DNA from: a virus
Taxonomy: Duplodnaviria; Caudoviricetes
DNA: 64,000 nt
Direction: 5' to 3' (one strand)
IMG/VR virus record: IMGVR_UViG_2654587547_000001
Coordinates: 23,156 to 87,155 of that record
A program made the translations under genes and the position numbers. How positions within the stretch are numbered: position 1 is the stretch's first letter; each line of letters starts with the position of its first letter. Under the pieces are notes generated by a model. That model searched no databases and was not told where the DNA came from. It saw nothing but the letters and a program-made list of their open reading frames with translations. Shown piece after piece: positions 37,310 to 46,189 of the stretch.

Positions 37310-38019
37310 CTACACCGAACTTGACCGCCCAGGCCGACGTGGCGATTGACCCGATGGCTGGAACATTGCAAACAGGGCGCATCGCCTACTCGCCGGATTT
37401 CCAATCCGAGCAGCGAAATATTCACGGTTCCATTCAGGCGGCAGACACTTACGCGCGCGCTCCGGACCCTTGGGCACGGGGTGGTGCTGAAGCGGCCCCC
37501 GATGCCTCGCCACGCCGCGCCGATGCTGGCTCTACGGTGGTGCCGGAGCCGGGCGTGAACGTCTGCATCCTGGCCCTGGACCTGGGCACAAAGCTGGGCT
37601 GGGCAGTCCGGGCGCGCGACGGCCGGATCGTGCACGGCACCGAAGCGTTCACGCCGCGCAAGTCTTGGACGCCGGGGCAGCGCTGGCTGCGCGCCCGATC
37701 GTTCCTGACTGACGTCATCGTCCGCCACCAGGTGCATGCCATCGCCTACGAGGACGTAAAGCGCCACGCCGGCACGGACGCCGCGCACGCCTATGGCGCG
37801 TTCCTGTGCCTGGTGCAGATGGTGGCCGACAGCCACCGCACGGCACTGCTGCCCGTAGGCGTGGGCACGATCAAAAAGCATTGGACCGGCAAAGGGAACG
37901 CCGACAAGGACGCGATGAAGGCGCAGGCGAAGGTGCGCGGCTTCAGCGTGGTGGACGACAACGACGCCGACGCCCTGGCAATCCTGCACTGGGCGGTCGC
38001 ACAGGAGCGTGCAGCATGA
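37306..38019 (+). CDS. RuvC-like Holliday junction resolvase
   Basis: ILALDLGT..GWA, IAYE, IKK..TGKGNADK, DDNDADALA. Confidence 0.85.
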   Translation: MTTPNLTAQADVAIDPMAGTLQTGRIAYSPDFQSEQRNIHGSIQAADTYARAPDPWARGGAEAAPDASPRRADAGSTVVPEPGVNVCILALDLGTKLGWAVRARDGRIVHGTEAFTPRKSWTPGQRWLRARSFLTDVIVRHQVHAIAYEDVKRHAGTDAAHAYGAFLCLVQMVADSHRTALLPVGVGTIKKHWTGKGNADKDAMKAQAKVRGFSVVDDNDADALAILHWAVAQERAA

Positions 38020-38408
38020 GCAACCCGAACCAGGGCGCCGCCACCCGCGCGCGCAACGAAGAAATCGAACGCCGGCTGACGGCTGGCGAGTCGGGCCCGG
38101 CACTGGCGCGCGAGTTTGGCGTCACCCAGCCGCGCGTGCACCAAATCGCCCGTGCTGTGCGCGAAGCACGCGGAGTTCTGAAGCCGCGCACGGGCCCGGC
38201 GCAGGTCAAGGCGACGGCCGCCACCCGCATCCAAGACCCCCGGCCGGCGCCCGCAGTCTATTTCGGGCCCGTAACCGTTGTGGCTGGCACACAGGTGGCG
38301 CCGCGCCCGTTTGCCATGTCGCCGAGCATGGCATATGCCGCGGCGCGGGCCCGCCAAGAGCAGAGACCCGTGCCCTCGCTGGCGGGCAGCCGGGAGCGCG
38401 CCGTATGA
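38016..38408 (+). CDS. HTH DNA-binding protein
   Basis: RNEEI...GES...LAREFGVTQPRVHQI. Confidence 0.65.
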   Translation: MSNPNQGAATRARNEEIERRLTAGESGPALAREFGVTQPRVHQIARAVREARGVLKPRTGPAQVKATAATRIQDPRPAPAVYFGPVTVVAGTQVAPRPFAMSPSMAYAAARARQEQRPVPSLAGSRERAV

Positions 38409-38413
38409 ACAGC

Positions 38414-38653
38414 CTAGACGTACTTGTCCGGGTCGATCGAGATCACCAACTGCTTGGCGTCTTCCATGGCCTCGCCCTCAGTCCGTCGAACCGTGCCGGT
38501 ATAGACGCTGCGGGTGCGAACGGCATCGGGGCGATTAGCGGTCAGGCAAACGTAGCCTTCAAAGCCGTCGGCGTGCTCTTCGACGCCAGGCTCACGGCTG
38601 ATCAGGTCTTCATTGTTGGAACCACCGGTGAAGATCGAAACGGGAACGGTCAT
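38414..38653 (-). CDS. Hypothetical antisense moron
   Basis: 79 aa, AGGTG upstream, fills gap in rightward operon. Confidence 0.5.
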   Translation of the reverse strand: MTVPVSIFTGGSNNEDLISREPGVEEHADGFEGYVCLTANRPDAVRTRSVYTGTVRRTEGEAMEDAKQLVISIDPDKYV

Positions 38654-38712
38654 GTTGCACCTATGAACAAGTTGGGCTTTCCATCTTACCCGTGCGCAAG
38701 GGGCGTATCTCG

Positions 38713-38919
38713 ATGACCTGGGCCCGCCAATCTGAGCGCGGCGACCCGGCCAAGCTGCTGGAGCGCCGCCAAGAACCGCCGCCTGCGCGCACCTGCGCCG
38801 GCTGCAAGGAAATCCGGCTGATCACCAGCCCATTCGGCGGCCGGCGCGTGCTGCGCTGCGCCGTGGGTGAAGAGGTCGGCCAACGTTGTTCGAAGTACGA
38901 GGAGCGCACCGCGCCATGA
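38713..38919 (+). CDS. Small Cys-rich protein
   Basis: GDPAK.LE...CAGC...C...C..Y; overlaps next gene. Confidence 0.6.
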   Translation: MTWARQSERGDPAKLLERRQEPPPARTCAGCKEIRLITSPFGGRRVLRCAVGEEVGQRCSKYEERTAP

Positions 38920-39353
38920 GCATTCCCAACCTGCTGCTGTACCGCCTCCCGGCCGATTTCCATGAACGCCTTGAAAACTGGGGCGACGTGATGCGGTCCA
39001 GCGGCGGCTATGGCGTCTCGCCGACCTACGAAATCTGCCGGATGCTGGCCAGGAAGGCCGGCAAGCTACCGCGCGGCGAAGAGCCGGAGAAGGAACTGAA
39101 CGAGGACGACGCCAAGTTTATCGAGGCCGCCTGGCGCAACTCCGTCTACCGCATGCTGCACCAGCACCGCGAGATCCTGCGCGCCCACTACGTCCAGAAA
39201 TCCTACTGGAAGGCGACATGCCGCGCGCAGGGCATCCGGTTGCGCGAGTACGACGACACCTTGGTGCGCGCCGTCGGCAACTTCGAAGATTTTGTTGCGC
39301 AGTACGCAATGCGGGTGCATAATCGGCGCCAAGACAACCTGACTACCGTCTAA
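38916..39353 (+). CDS. Putative late antiterminator (Q-like)
   Basis: ERLENWG start, ILRAHYV; last early gene before late promoter and terminators. Confidence 0.65.
   Translation: MSIPNLLLYRLPADFHERLENWGDVMRSSGGYGVSPTYEICRMLARKAGKLPRGEEPEKELNEDDAKFIEAAWRNSVYRMLHQHREILRAHYVQKSYWKATCRAQGIRLREYDDTLVRAVGNFEDFVAQYAMRVHNRRQDNLTTV
39295..39323 (+). promoter_or_regulatory. Putative late promoter (PR'-like)
   Basis: TTGCGC-17-CATAAT inside the 3' end of the Q-like gene, about 80 nt upstream of a terminator. Confidence 0.6.
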
Positions 39354-39401
39354 CGACGTGACCCGATGCCCATGGCGGGCGTCGTGCGTCCGCAAGAAAC
39401 G

Positions 39402-39429
39402 AGCCCCGTGCGAAAGCCGGGGCTTTTTC
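39402..39429 (+). terminator. tR'-like terminator
   Basis: AGCCCCG...CGGGGCT followed by T tract. Confidence 0.75.
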
Positions 39430-39475
39430 ATGGGCGGTTTGATATCGTGTCGCTTCCATTTACGGGAGCATGTTC

Positions 39476-39652
39476 ATGTCGAGAGAAATCGTTCAAATCG
39501 CGACCGCCTCGCAGGGCGACGACAGCGCCACGATCGTCGTGCTGTGCAACGATCAAACCATGTGGAAAATCCACACGCACCCCGATGCACCGCCGTCATC
39601 GTGGATCGCTTTGCCACCCATCCCGCAGCAGCCGGGTGCGCAACGAGGATAA
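39476..39652 (+). CDS. Small moron protein
   Basis: GGGAG RBS, 58 aa, flanked by two terminators. Confidence 0.6.
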   Translation: MSREIVQIATASQGDDSATIVVLCNDQTMWKIHTHPDAPPSSWIALPPIPQQPGAQRG

Positions 39653-39656
39653 AAGC

Positions 39657-39680
39657 AAGCCGCCTTCGGGCGGCTTTTTT
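39657..39680 (+). terminator. Rho-independent terminator
   Basis: GCCGCC-TTCG-GGCGGC-TTTTTT. Confidence 0.88.
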
Positions 39681-40080
39681 GTTCCCACAGAGCAGGGGCC
39701 AGAGAGAACCGTCCGCCGGGCCGCATGGGCACCGGCAGGCAGACGTCACGCTCCGGCCTCTGCTCTGTGGGAACAGCCGCCGCAATCGACCAGCCCGCAG
39801 CGCGTCAATGGCCAACGCTGCACTCGGGGATAGCCCCGTACCTCTGGCTCCGACCGGCGCCGCCCGTTAAGCCCCTATCGGTCCAACCAGCGCACACACA
39901 GGTGCGCCAAGGGGTGGGCCCCACAACCTACAAGTACCCCCATGAGTCGCCTGAGCAGGCCTGGCGCCCGCGCAGGGGCAAATGCGCGGGACACTTCTTC
40001 CGGTCTTGTCGCCGGTGGCCAGCACGACGAGAACCGCCGCACCCAGCCCGCTGTGGCGGGTAGTCGAATGGGGGCAACCA
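39680..40080 (+). ncRNA. Candidate structured RNA region
   Basis: 24-bp inverted repeat (39681-39704 / 39751-39774) plus several more hairpins; no convincing ORF. Confidence 0.4.
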
Positions 40081-40093
40081 CACCGAGATTCGT

Positions 40094-40774
40094 ATGACAC
40101 AGCCCAAGAAGGCGCTACCCGACTGGGAGCGCATCGAGGCGGGCTACCGCGCGGGCGTCATGTCCCTGCGCGAGCTCGCCACCCTGCACGGAATCACCGA
40201 GGGTGCCATTCGTAAGCGTGCCAAGCGCGACGAATGGCCCCGTGACCTGGCCGCCAAGGTCCAGGCGAAGGCCGACGATCTGGTACGCAAGGAAGAGGTA
40301 CGCAAACAGGTACGCGACGAAACGATTGCGTACCGTGAGAGCGAAGCTGTGGCCATCGGTGCAAAGCTGGTGGCCGAGGTCAAGCTGTCGCACAAGACGT
40401 CACTGACGCGCATGCGCACCCTCTGCGACGCCCTGATGAACGAAATCGAGGCCGAGACGAACAATCCCGGCCTTTTCCATGAACTGGGCGAGTTCCTGCG
40501 TGGGGAGGATGACGCGGCTGCTGATAAGCGGGCCGAAGTTTACCGGCGCGCCATATCGAGCGCGGCGCGGCTGGACGGCGCCAAGAAGCTGGCCGACATG
40601 CTGAAGGTGCTGATCCCGCTGGAGCGCGAGGCCTACGGCATTCTGCCGACGCCCCAGCAGATCAACCTGAAAACGACGCCGCGGAAGGCCGATGACCTCA
40701 CCGACGAAGAGCTACTTACCCTCGCCACAGGAAGCCGCCCGCGAGCTGCTGATTCGGAGGCGGGCGAGGGCTGA
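40094..40774 (+). CDS. terS: Terminase small subunit
   Basis: PDWERIE..YRAG..SLRELA..HGI.EGAIRKRAKR..W; precedes terL. Confidence 0.85.
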   Translation: MTQPKKALPDWERIEAGYRAGVMSLRELATLHGITEGAIRKRAKRDEWPRDLAAKVQAKADDLVRKEEVRKQVRDETIAYRESEAVAIGAKLVAEVKLSHKTSLTRMRTLCDALMNEIEAETNNPGLFHELGEFLRGEDDAAADKRAEVYRRAISSAARLDGAKKLADMLKVLIPLEREAYGILPTPQQINLKTTPRKADDLTDEELLTLATGSRPRAADSEAGEG

Positions 40775-42173
40775 CATCCTCCAGTACGCCAATGCGATCG
40801 AGGTGCCCGGCCGGCCTGTGGACGAGGAAGACCCGGACACGGAGTTTTTCGAGTCCATCGAAACAACGATGGCGACGCATCACCGCCTGCTGCTGTCGAA
40901 GCTGGAAGAAACCAGCCAGCGGCGCCACGGCCGGATGATCGTGTGCATGCCGCCTGGCAGCGCGAAATCGACGTATGCGTCGGTCGTGTTCCCTTCCAAG
41001 TATCTGGGGGCCACGGCGGGGCGCCGGGTGATCCTGGCCAGCTACGGCGACGACCTCGCGCGCAAGATGGGGCGCCGCACACGCGCGATTATCAAGCAGC
41101 CGCGCTACCGGAATATCTGGGGCGCCGCGCTGGTATCGGATTCAAACGCCGCCCAGGAATTCGCGCTGTCAAACGGCAGCGAGTACATGGCCTGCGGCAT
41201 CCTTTCCGGCATCACCGGCAACCGGGCGCACGGCATCATCATCGACGACCCGATCAAGGGCCGCGAGCAGGCGAACTCCGACACGATTCGGAACAAGACG
41301 TGGGACGCCTATGAAGACGACCTGAAGACGCGCCTGATCCCGGGCGGATGGATTGTCCTGATCACCACGCGGTGGCACGAAGACGACCTGGCCGGCCGGA
41401 TCCTGCCGGAGACCTGGAAAGGCGAAAGCGGCCTGATCCGCTGCAAGGATGGAAACGACTGGGAGGTGCTGTGCATCCAGGCGCGCTGCGAGGTCGACAG
41501 CGACCCGCTCGGGCGGGCCCGGGGCGAATACCTCTGGCCGGAGTGGTTTGATCGCCAGCACTGGGCGCAGTTCGAAACCAACTCACGCACCTGGTCGTCG
41601 CTCTACCAGCAACTGCCGACGCCGCTCGATGGTGACCTGTTCAAGCCTGACCAGATTCAGGTCATCGACGCGCTTCCTGCTGGCCGCATCGACTGGGTGC
41701 GGGGCTGGGACTTCGCCAGCACGGACGGCGCTGGCGACTTCACTGCCGGCCCGAAGCTTGGCCGCCTGCCTTCCGGTCAGTACGTGATTGGCGACATGGT
41801 GCGGGGCCAGTGGGGGCCTGACCGTCGCGACAAGGCGTTGGAGAACACTGCCGCGCTCGACGGCCGCGACGTCCGCATCAGTATCCCTCAAGACCCAGGC
41901 CAGGCCGGCAAGACGCAGGTGTTGTATCTGACGCGGAGCATCCCCGGCTATCGCATCGTGAGCAGTCCGGAAAGCGGCGACAAGGTGGTGCGCGCCGAGC
42001 CTTTCGCCGCACAAGTGAACGTCGGCAATGTGCTGATGCTTCGCGGCGATTGGAACAAGGCGCTGATAGACGAGCTGCGGACCTTTCCCAACGGCAAACA
42101 TGACGACCAGGTTGACGGGCTCTCACGCGCGTTCGCCGACCTGATCTCAGCAAAACGCGGATTCTTCGGATGA
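40692..42173 (+). CDS. terL: Terminase large subunit
   Basis: MPPGSAKS Walker A, IIIDDP Walker B, TRWH.DDL, WDFA, HDDQVD. Confidence 0.95.
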   Translation: MTSPTKSYLPSPQEAARELLIRRRARADILQYANAIEVPGRPVDEEDPDTEFFESIETTMATHHRLLLSKLEETSQRRHGRMIVCMPPGSAKSTYASVVFPSKYLGATAGRRVILASYGDDLARKMGRRTRAIIKQPRYRNIWGAALVSDSNAAQEFALSNGSEYMACGILSGITGNRAHGIIIDDPIKGREQANSDTIRNKTWDAYEDDLKTRLIPGGWIVLITTRWHEDDLAGRILPETWKGESGLIRCKDGNDWEVLCIQARCEVDSDPLGRARGEYLWPEWFDRQHWAQFETNSRTWSSLYQQLPTPLDGDLFKPDQIQVIDALPAGRIDWVRGWDFASTDGAGDFTAGPKLGRLPSGQYVIGDMVRGQWGPDRRDKALENTAALDGRDVRISIPQDPGQAGKTQVLYLTRSIPGYRIVSSPESGDKVVRAEPFAAQVNVGNVLMLRGDWNKALIDELRTFPNGKHDDQVDGLSRAFADLISAKRGFFG

Positions 42174-43684
42174 ATTTCTTTCGCAAACTGTTCGGTCCGC
42201 GCCAAGAGACCGCGCCCGCGGCAAAGGCGCGCGGCCTGTTCTCTACGCATCGGCATCCGCTGGGCGACAAGGTCGAATCGCGTTTCGAGATGCCTGCCTT
42301 CGAACAGCCCACCGGCGCGCCCACGGTCGCGTCCGACAACGGCTACATCGGCGAGCGCCCGACGCCCAAGACGGCCAGCTTCACGCCGGTCAATGAGGCG
42401 CAGCTCGGCTTCTACGCCGCAGGCAGCATCTTCATCGGCTACCAGGCCTGCGCGATGCTGGCCACGAACTGGCTGATCGACAAGGCGTGCAACATGCCCG
42501 CGCGTGACGCGGTGCGCAATGGCTACCTGCTGACGTGCGGATCGGACGACACTTCGGCCCGCCTGATGGCCGGCGACAAGAAGTATGCGGTCAAGCGCCA
42601 CCTACGCGAGCTGGTGCACTTCGGGCGCGTCTACGGCGGCCGGATCGTGCTGTTCGATGTCGAGGCGGCCAACCCGGAGGAGTATTACAAAGCTCCGTTC
42701 AATCTGGACGGGGTGCAGGCGGGCACGTACCGGGGCATGTCGCAGATCGATCCGAACTGGGTCACGCCGGTGCTGACTGAGGACAACCTGAACGACCCGG
42801 CCAGCCAGAGCTACTACGAGCCGACGTTCTGGAAGATCAAGGACCGGGTCTATCACAAGTCGCATCTGCGGATCTTCGTGCCTTACCCGGTTCCGGACTA
42901 CCTGAAGCCGCATTACCGCTATCTGGGCGTGAGCGTGCCTCAGCGCATGATGGAGCGGGCCTATGCGGCCGAGCGCAGCGCCAACGAAGGGCCGCAGCTG
43001 CTGATGACGAAGCGGCTGACGTCGCTGAACGTCGGCGATGCCGCCCTGAACAACCGCGAGGTGCTGGAAAAGAACCTCGCGGAGTGGGTCGCCTTCCGCG
43101 ACAACTACGGCGTGCGCGTCGGCGGGGCCGAGGAGACGATCCAGCAGTTTGACACCGCGCTGGGCGACGTGGACACGGTCATCATGACCCAGTACCAGCT
43201 GGCGGCGTCGGTGGCGAACGTGCCGGCGACGAAGCTGCTGGGCACGCAGCCCAAGGGCTTCAACGCCACCGGCGACTACGAGCAGTCGGTTTACCGGGAA
43301 GACCTGGAGAGCATCCAGTCCAACGACATGACGCCGCTGCTGGAGACGCATTACCGGCTGCTGGCAAAGTCCGAGGGCATTGCGCTGCCGGCCGAGATCG
43401 CCATCCAGTGGATGCCGGTTGACAGTCCGACCGCCAAGGAATGGGCCGAGATCGACAAGATCAAGGCTGACCGGGACGGCGTGCTGTTCAACACGGGCGC
43501 GATCGATGCGGAGGACATCCGCGGCCGCCTGCGCGAAGACCGCGAGGGCGATTACCACAACCTTGAAGACGCCGAGTTCGTTGATGCCGAAGAAAATGGT
43601 CACGAAACGCCGGCAGCAGTGGGGCCAGCAGCAGCAGGCCAGCCAGTTCAAGGGCTCGGCGCTGGCGTACCCGGTCGCAGTTGA
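42170..43684 (+). CDS. Portal protein (DUF1073-like)
   Basis: Follows terL; VPATKLLG.QPKGFNATG motif. Confidence 0.88.
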   Translation: MNFFRKLFGPRQETAPAAKARGLFSTHRHPLGDKVESRFEMPAFEQPTGAPTVASDNGYIGERPTPKTASFTPVNEAQLGFYAAGSIFIGYQACAMLATNWLIDKACNMPARDAVRNGYLLTCGSDDTSARLMAGDKKYAVKRHLRELVHFGRVYGGRIVLFDVEAANPEEYYKAPFNLDGVQAGTYRGMSQIDPNWVTPVLTEDNLNDPASQSYYEPTFWKIKDRVYHKSHLRIFVPYPVPDYLKPHYRYLGVSVPQRMMERAYAAERSANEGPQLLMTKRLTSLNVGDAALNNREVLEKNLAEWVAFRDNYGVRVGGAEETIQQFDTALGDVDTVIMTQYQLAASVANVPATKLLGTQPKGFNATGDYEQSVYREDLESIQSNDMTPLLETHYRLLAKSEGIALPAEIAIQWMPVDSPTAKEWAEIDKIKADRDGVLFNTGAIDAEDIRGRLREDREGDYHNLEDAEFVDAEENGHETPAAVGPAAAGQPVQGLGAGVPGRS

Positions 43685-44456
43685 GGGCCGGTACCGGGCC
43701 AGCATGGAGTCGCTGATTGACGGCATGCTGGCCGAGTACGACACCGCGCTGCGGGGGCTGTACCGAGGAAATCCTGAGGTCACGCAGGACGAGAGCGTCA
43801 CCACCCAGGCGCGGCGCATCCTGGGCGAGTTGGGGCGCAAGTGGAGCAAGGTCTTTGCCGAGAAGGCCGGGCCGCTGGCGAACCGCACGATCAGCCAAGT
43901 CGACAAGTTCGCGAAGCAGAACCTGGGCGCCTCGCTGCGGGACATGTCGGGCGGATTGACGATCAAGACGTTCCAGATGCCCGCATCGCTGTATGACAAG
44001 GTCCTGGCCAGCACTGCCGAGAACGTCGGGTTGATCAAGAGCATCCCGGCGCAGTTCCAAGAGCGGATACAGGGCATCGTCATGCGGTCGATCCAGTCGG
44101 GTGGCCAGGGCTCTGGTCAGATCTTCGACGAGATCAAGAGCCTGAACCAGGTCACCCGCAACCGCGCCAAGCTGATCGCCGTGGACCAGACGCGCAAGAT
44201 CACGTCCGCCATGAACGAGGAGCGGATGAAGGCCGCCGGCGTCAAGCAGTTCGAATGGATCCATAGCGGCGGTGGGGCTGAACCACGATCGCTGCACGTC
44301 CAGTACGACGGGCAGACGTTCAGCATGGACAACCCGCCCGTCATCGATAAGCGGACGGGGCAGCGCGGCTTCCCCGGCGAGCTGATCAACTGCCGGTGCC
44401 GCATGCGCCCGGTCATCGACTTTACCGAGTACCTCGATGAGCAACCGACAAACTGA
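43584..44456 (+). CDS. Minor head morphogenesis protein (MuF/SPP1 gp7-like)
   Basis: RAKLIA.DQT.K, W.HS, R..H, PG..INCRC. Confidence 0.88.
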   Translation: MPKKMVTKRRQQWGQQQQASQFKGSALAYPVAVEGRYRASMESLIDGMLAEYDTALRGLYRGNPEVTQDESVTTQARRILGELGRKWSKVFAEKAGPLANRTISQVDKFAKQNLGASLRDMSGGLTIKTFQMPASLYDKVLASTAENVGLIKSIPAQFQERIQGIVMRSIQSGGQGSGQIFDEIKSLNQVTRNRAKLIAVDQTRKITSAMNEERMKAAGVKQFEWIHSGGGAEPRSLHVQYDGQTFSMDNPPVIDKRTGQRGFPGELINCRCRMRPVIDFTEYLDEQPTN

Positions 44457-45693
44457 CGTCAATGGCTATTTGCTGGTGCGCGACAACCCGATCACCAAGG
44501 TGGGGGTGTTCCCGTACCTTGGCAGCGAGATTGGCGCGCCCGAGCCTGATCGTATCTACCAGGTGTACCGGCCGCAGGAAGAGCTGGAGAAGCCAGACAC
44601 GATCGCCTCGGCCAACCTGGTGCCCTGGATCGATGAACACGAGTTCCTGGGCAAGGACGGGACGCCGCCCGAAAAGAAGGGCGTGCAGGGCACCACGGGC
44701 GAGACGGCGCGATTCGAATACCCATACCTGCGCAACAGCATCCGGGCTTACTCCGGGTTCATGCAGAACCTGATCGACCGCGGCAAGGTGGAGTTATCGC
44801 CCAGCTACCGCTGTCGATACGAATTTACCGAAGGCGTGTTCGACGGCAAGCAGTACCACGCCATCCAGCGCGACATTCGCTTCAATCATCTGGCATCCGT
44901 GAAAGAGGGCAGGACGGGGCCGGACGTGGCTGTACAGGACTGCCTCACAATCACCTACGACTCAGCGGAGTTCATCAATATGGAAATCACCCCCGAAATG
45001 GAACAAGCATTCCGGGCGTTGATCGAGAAGATCTTGGCGGAAAAAGCTGCCGCTGTCTCGGACAACGACCCCAACAAGGAAGCTGTCACGGACGCGGAAC
45101 CGCCGGTAGCCCCGGCTGCCGCCGTCTCGCCGGCCGAGAAGGACGCAGTCGAGCAGACCGCCGCCGCTGCCGAACAGGCCGCTGGCGCTGTCGAATCGGC
45201 CACGGCGGCAATCGAGGAAGTGCAAACCGCCCTCGAGGAAGTCCAGGCCGCTGCCGAGGCGGTGAAGACTGCGCCGACCGCGGATAGCAAGAAGGCCCTG
45301 GACGCAGCCATGGCCAAGCTGGGCGCAGCGAAGAACAAGATCGCCGCGCGCGCTGCGGACGCCCAGGTGATGGGCATGATCGGCACGCTGCAGACCCAGG
45401 TCAAGGCCAACGACGCCGGCGCGGTGATCAAGCAGATCGCCGACCGCGACGCGCTGGTCAAGCGCGTGACGCCGTTCATCGGCGCCTTCGACAGCGCGCT
45501 GCTGGTGTCGGCCGACCACGTTGCCAAGTACGCCGTCAAGAAGCTGGGCCTTCAGGCGCAGGACGGCGCCGAGCTCGCAGTGCTGCAAGGCTACTTGCAG
45601 GCCGCCAAATCCGACGCCGACAAGATCGTCAGCGATTCCAAAACCGTGCGCGCCGAAGACACGGCCGCCAAAGTCTGGGGCGAAAAGCAATGA
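44437..45693 (+). CDS. Prohead protease/scaffold (DUF2213-like)
   Basis: NPITKVGVFPYLG.EI, ELS..Y.C, NHLA.V..GR.G. Confidence 0.85.
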   Translation: MSNRQTDVNGYLLVRDNPITKVGVFPYLGSEIGAPEPDRIYQVYRPQEELEKPDTIASANLVPWIDEHEFLGKDGTPPEKKGVQGTTGETARFEYPYLRNSIRAYSGFMQNLIDRGKVELSPSYRCRYEFTEGVFDGKQYHAIQRDIRFNHLASVKEGRTGPDVAVQDCLTITYDSAEFINMEITPEMEQAFRALIEKILAEKAAAVSDNDPNKEAVTDAEPPVAPAAAVSPAEKDAVEQTAAAAEQAAGAVESATAAIEEVQTALEEVQAAAEAVKTAPTADSKKALDAAMAKLGAAKNKIAARAADAQVMGMIGTLQTQVKANDAGAVIKQIADRDALVKRVTPFIGAFDSALLVSADHVAKYAVKKLGLQAQDGAELAVLQGYLQAAKSDADKIVSDSKTVRAEDTAAKVWGEKQ

Positions 45694-46169
45694 TCCCGAA
45701 CACCGCACGAACCTACCTGCTGTCCGGCATCCCGGGCAACATCAGCCATGACGGCCCGACCCGCGCCGCCTCGGCCGTGATCGACTCCGCCACGGAAGCG
45801 AACAACATCTTCGGCCGCGCCTTCACTTACAAGGCCGGCACGGACGACGTCGAGGTCGGCGGCGCCGGCGCCTTCGCCGGCATCCTGATCAACCCCAAGG
45901 CGTACGCGATCGATGTCACGTACGCTCGCAACGCCACGGTCGGCGAGTTCCTGACCATGGGCGAGGTCTACGTCCAGCTGGGCAACGACGGCAACATCGG
46001 CGACCCGGTGTCGTTCAACACCACCACCGGTGTGATCTCCGCCGGCGAGACCGGAACCGTCATCCCCGGCGCGCACATCGCCCGCCACGAACCCAGCGCC
46101 GAGACCCCGCGTCTGGCGGTGATCGCCCTCAATGGCCTGGTGGTCCTGCCCACCCCGGCCGGCGCCTGA
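45690..46169 (+). CDS. Head decoration/cement protein
   Basis: Between scaffold and capsid; FGRA...FAGIL.NP...G.V.V. Confidence 0.7.
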   Translation: MIPNTARTYLLSGIPGNISHDGPTRAASAVIDSATEANNIFGRAFTYKAGTDDVEVGGAGAFAGILINPKAYAIDVTYARNATVGEFLTMGEVYVQLGNDGNIGDPVSFNTTTGVISAGETGTVIPGAHIARHEPSAETPRLAVIALNGLVVLPTPAGA

Positions 46170-46189
46170 TCGGAAAGGAACCAGAAATC

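Noticed and set aside
42170-43684. Anti-CBASS (Acb1) function, a label sometimes given to this family
   Set aside because: Position after terL, length and motifs indicate a portal protein
40692-43684. Long terS/terL (83 nt) and portal/minor head (about 100 nt) overlaps as signs of frameshift damage
   Set aside because: All conserved motifs are intact and the overlaps encode low-complexity tails
43584-44456. MuF polymorphic toxin
   Set aside because: The protein ends shortly after the NCRC motif with no C-terminal toxin extension or immunity gene
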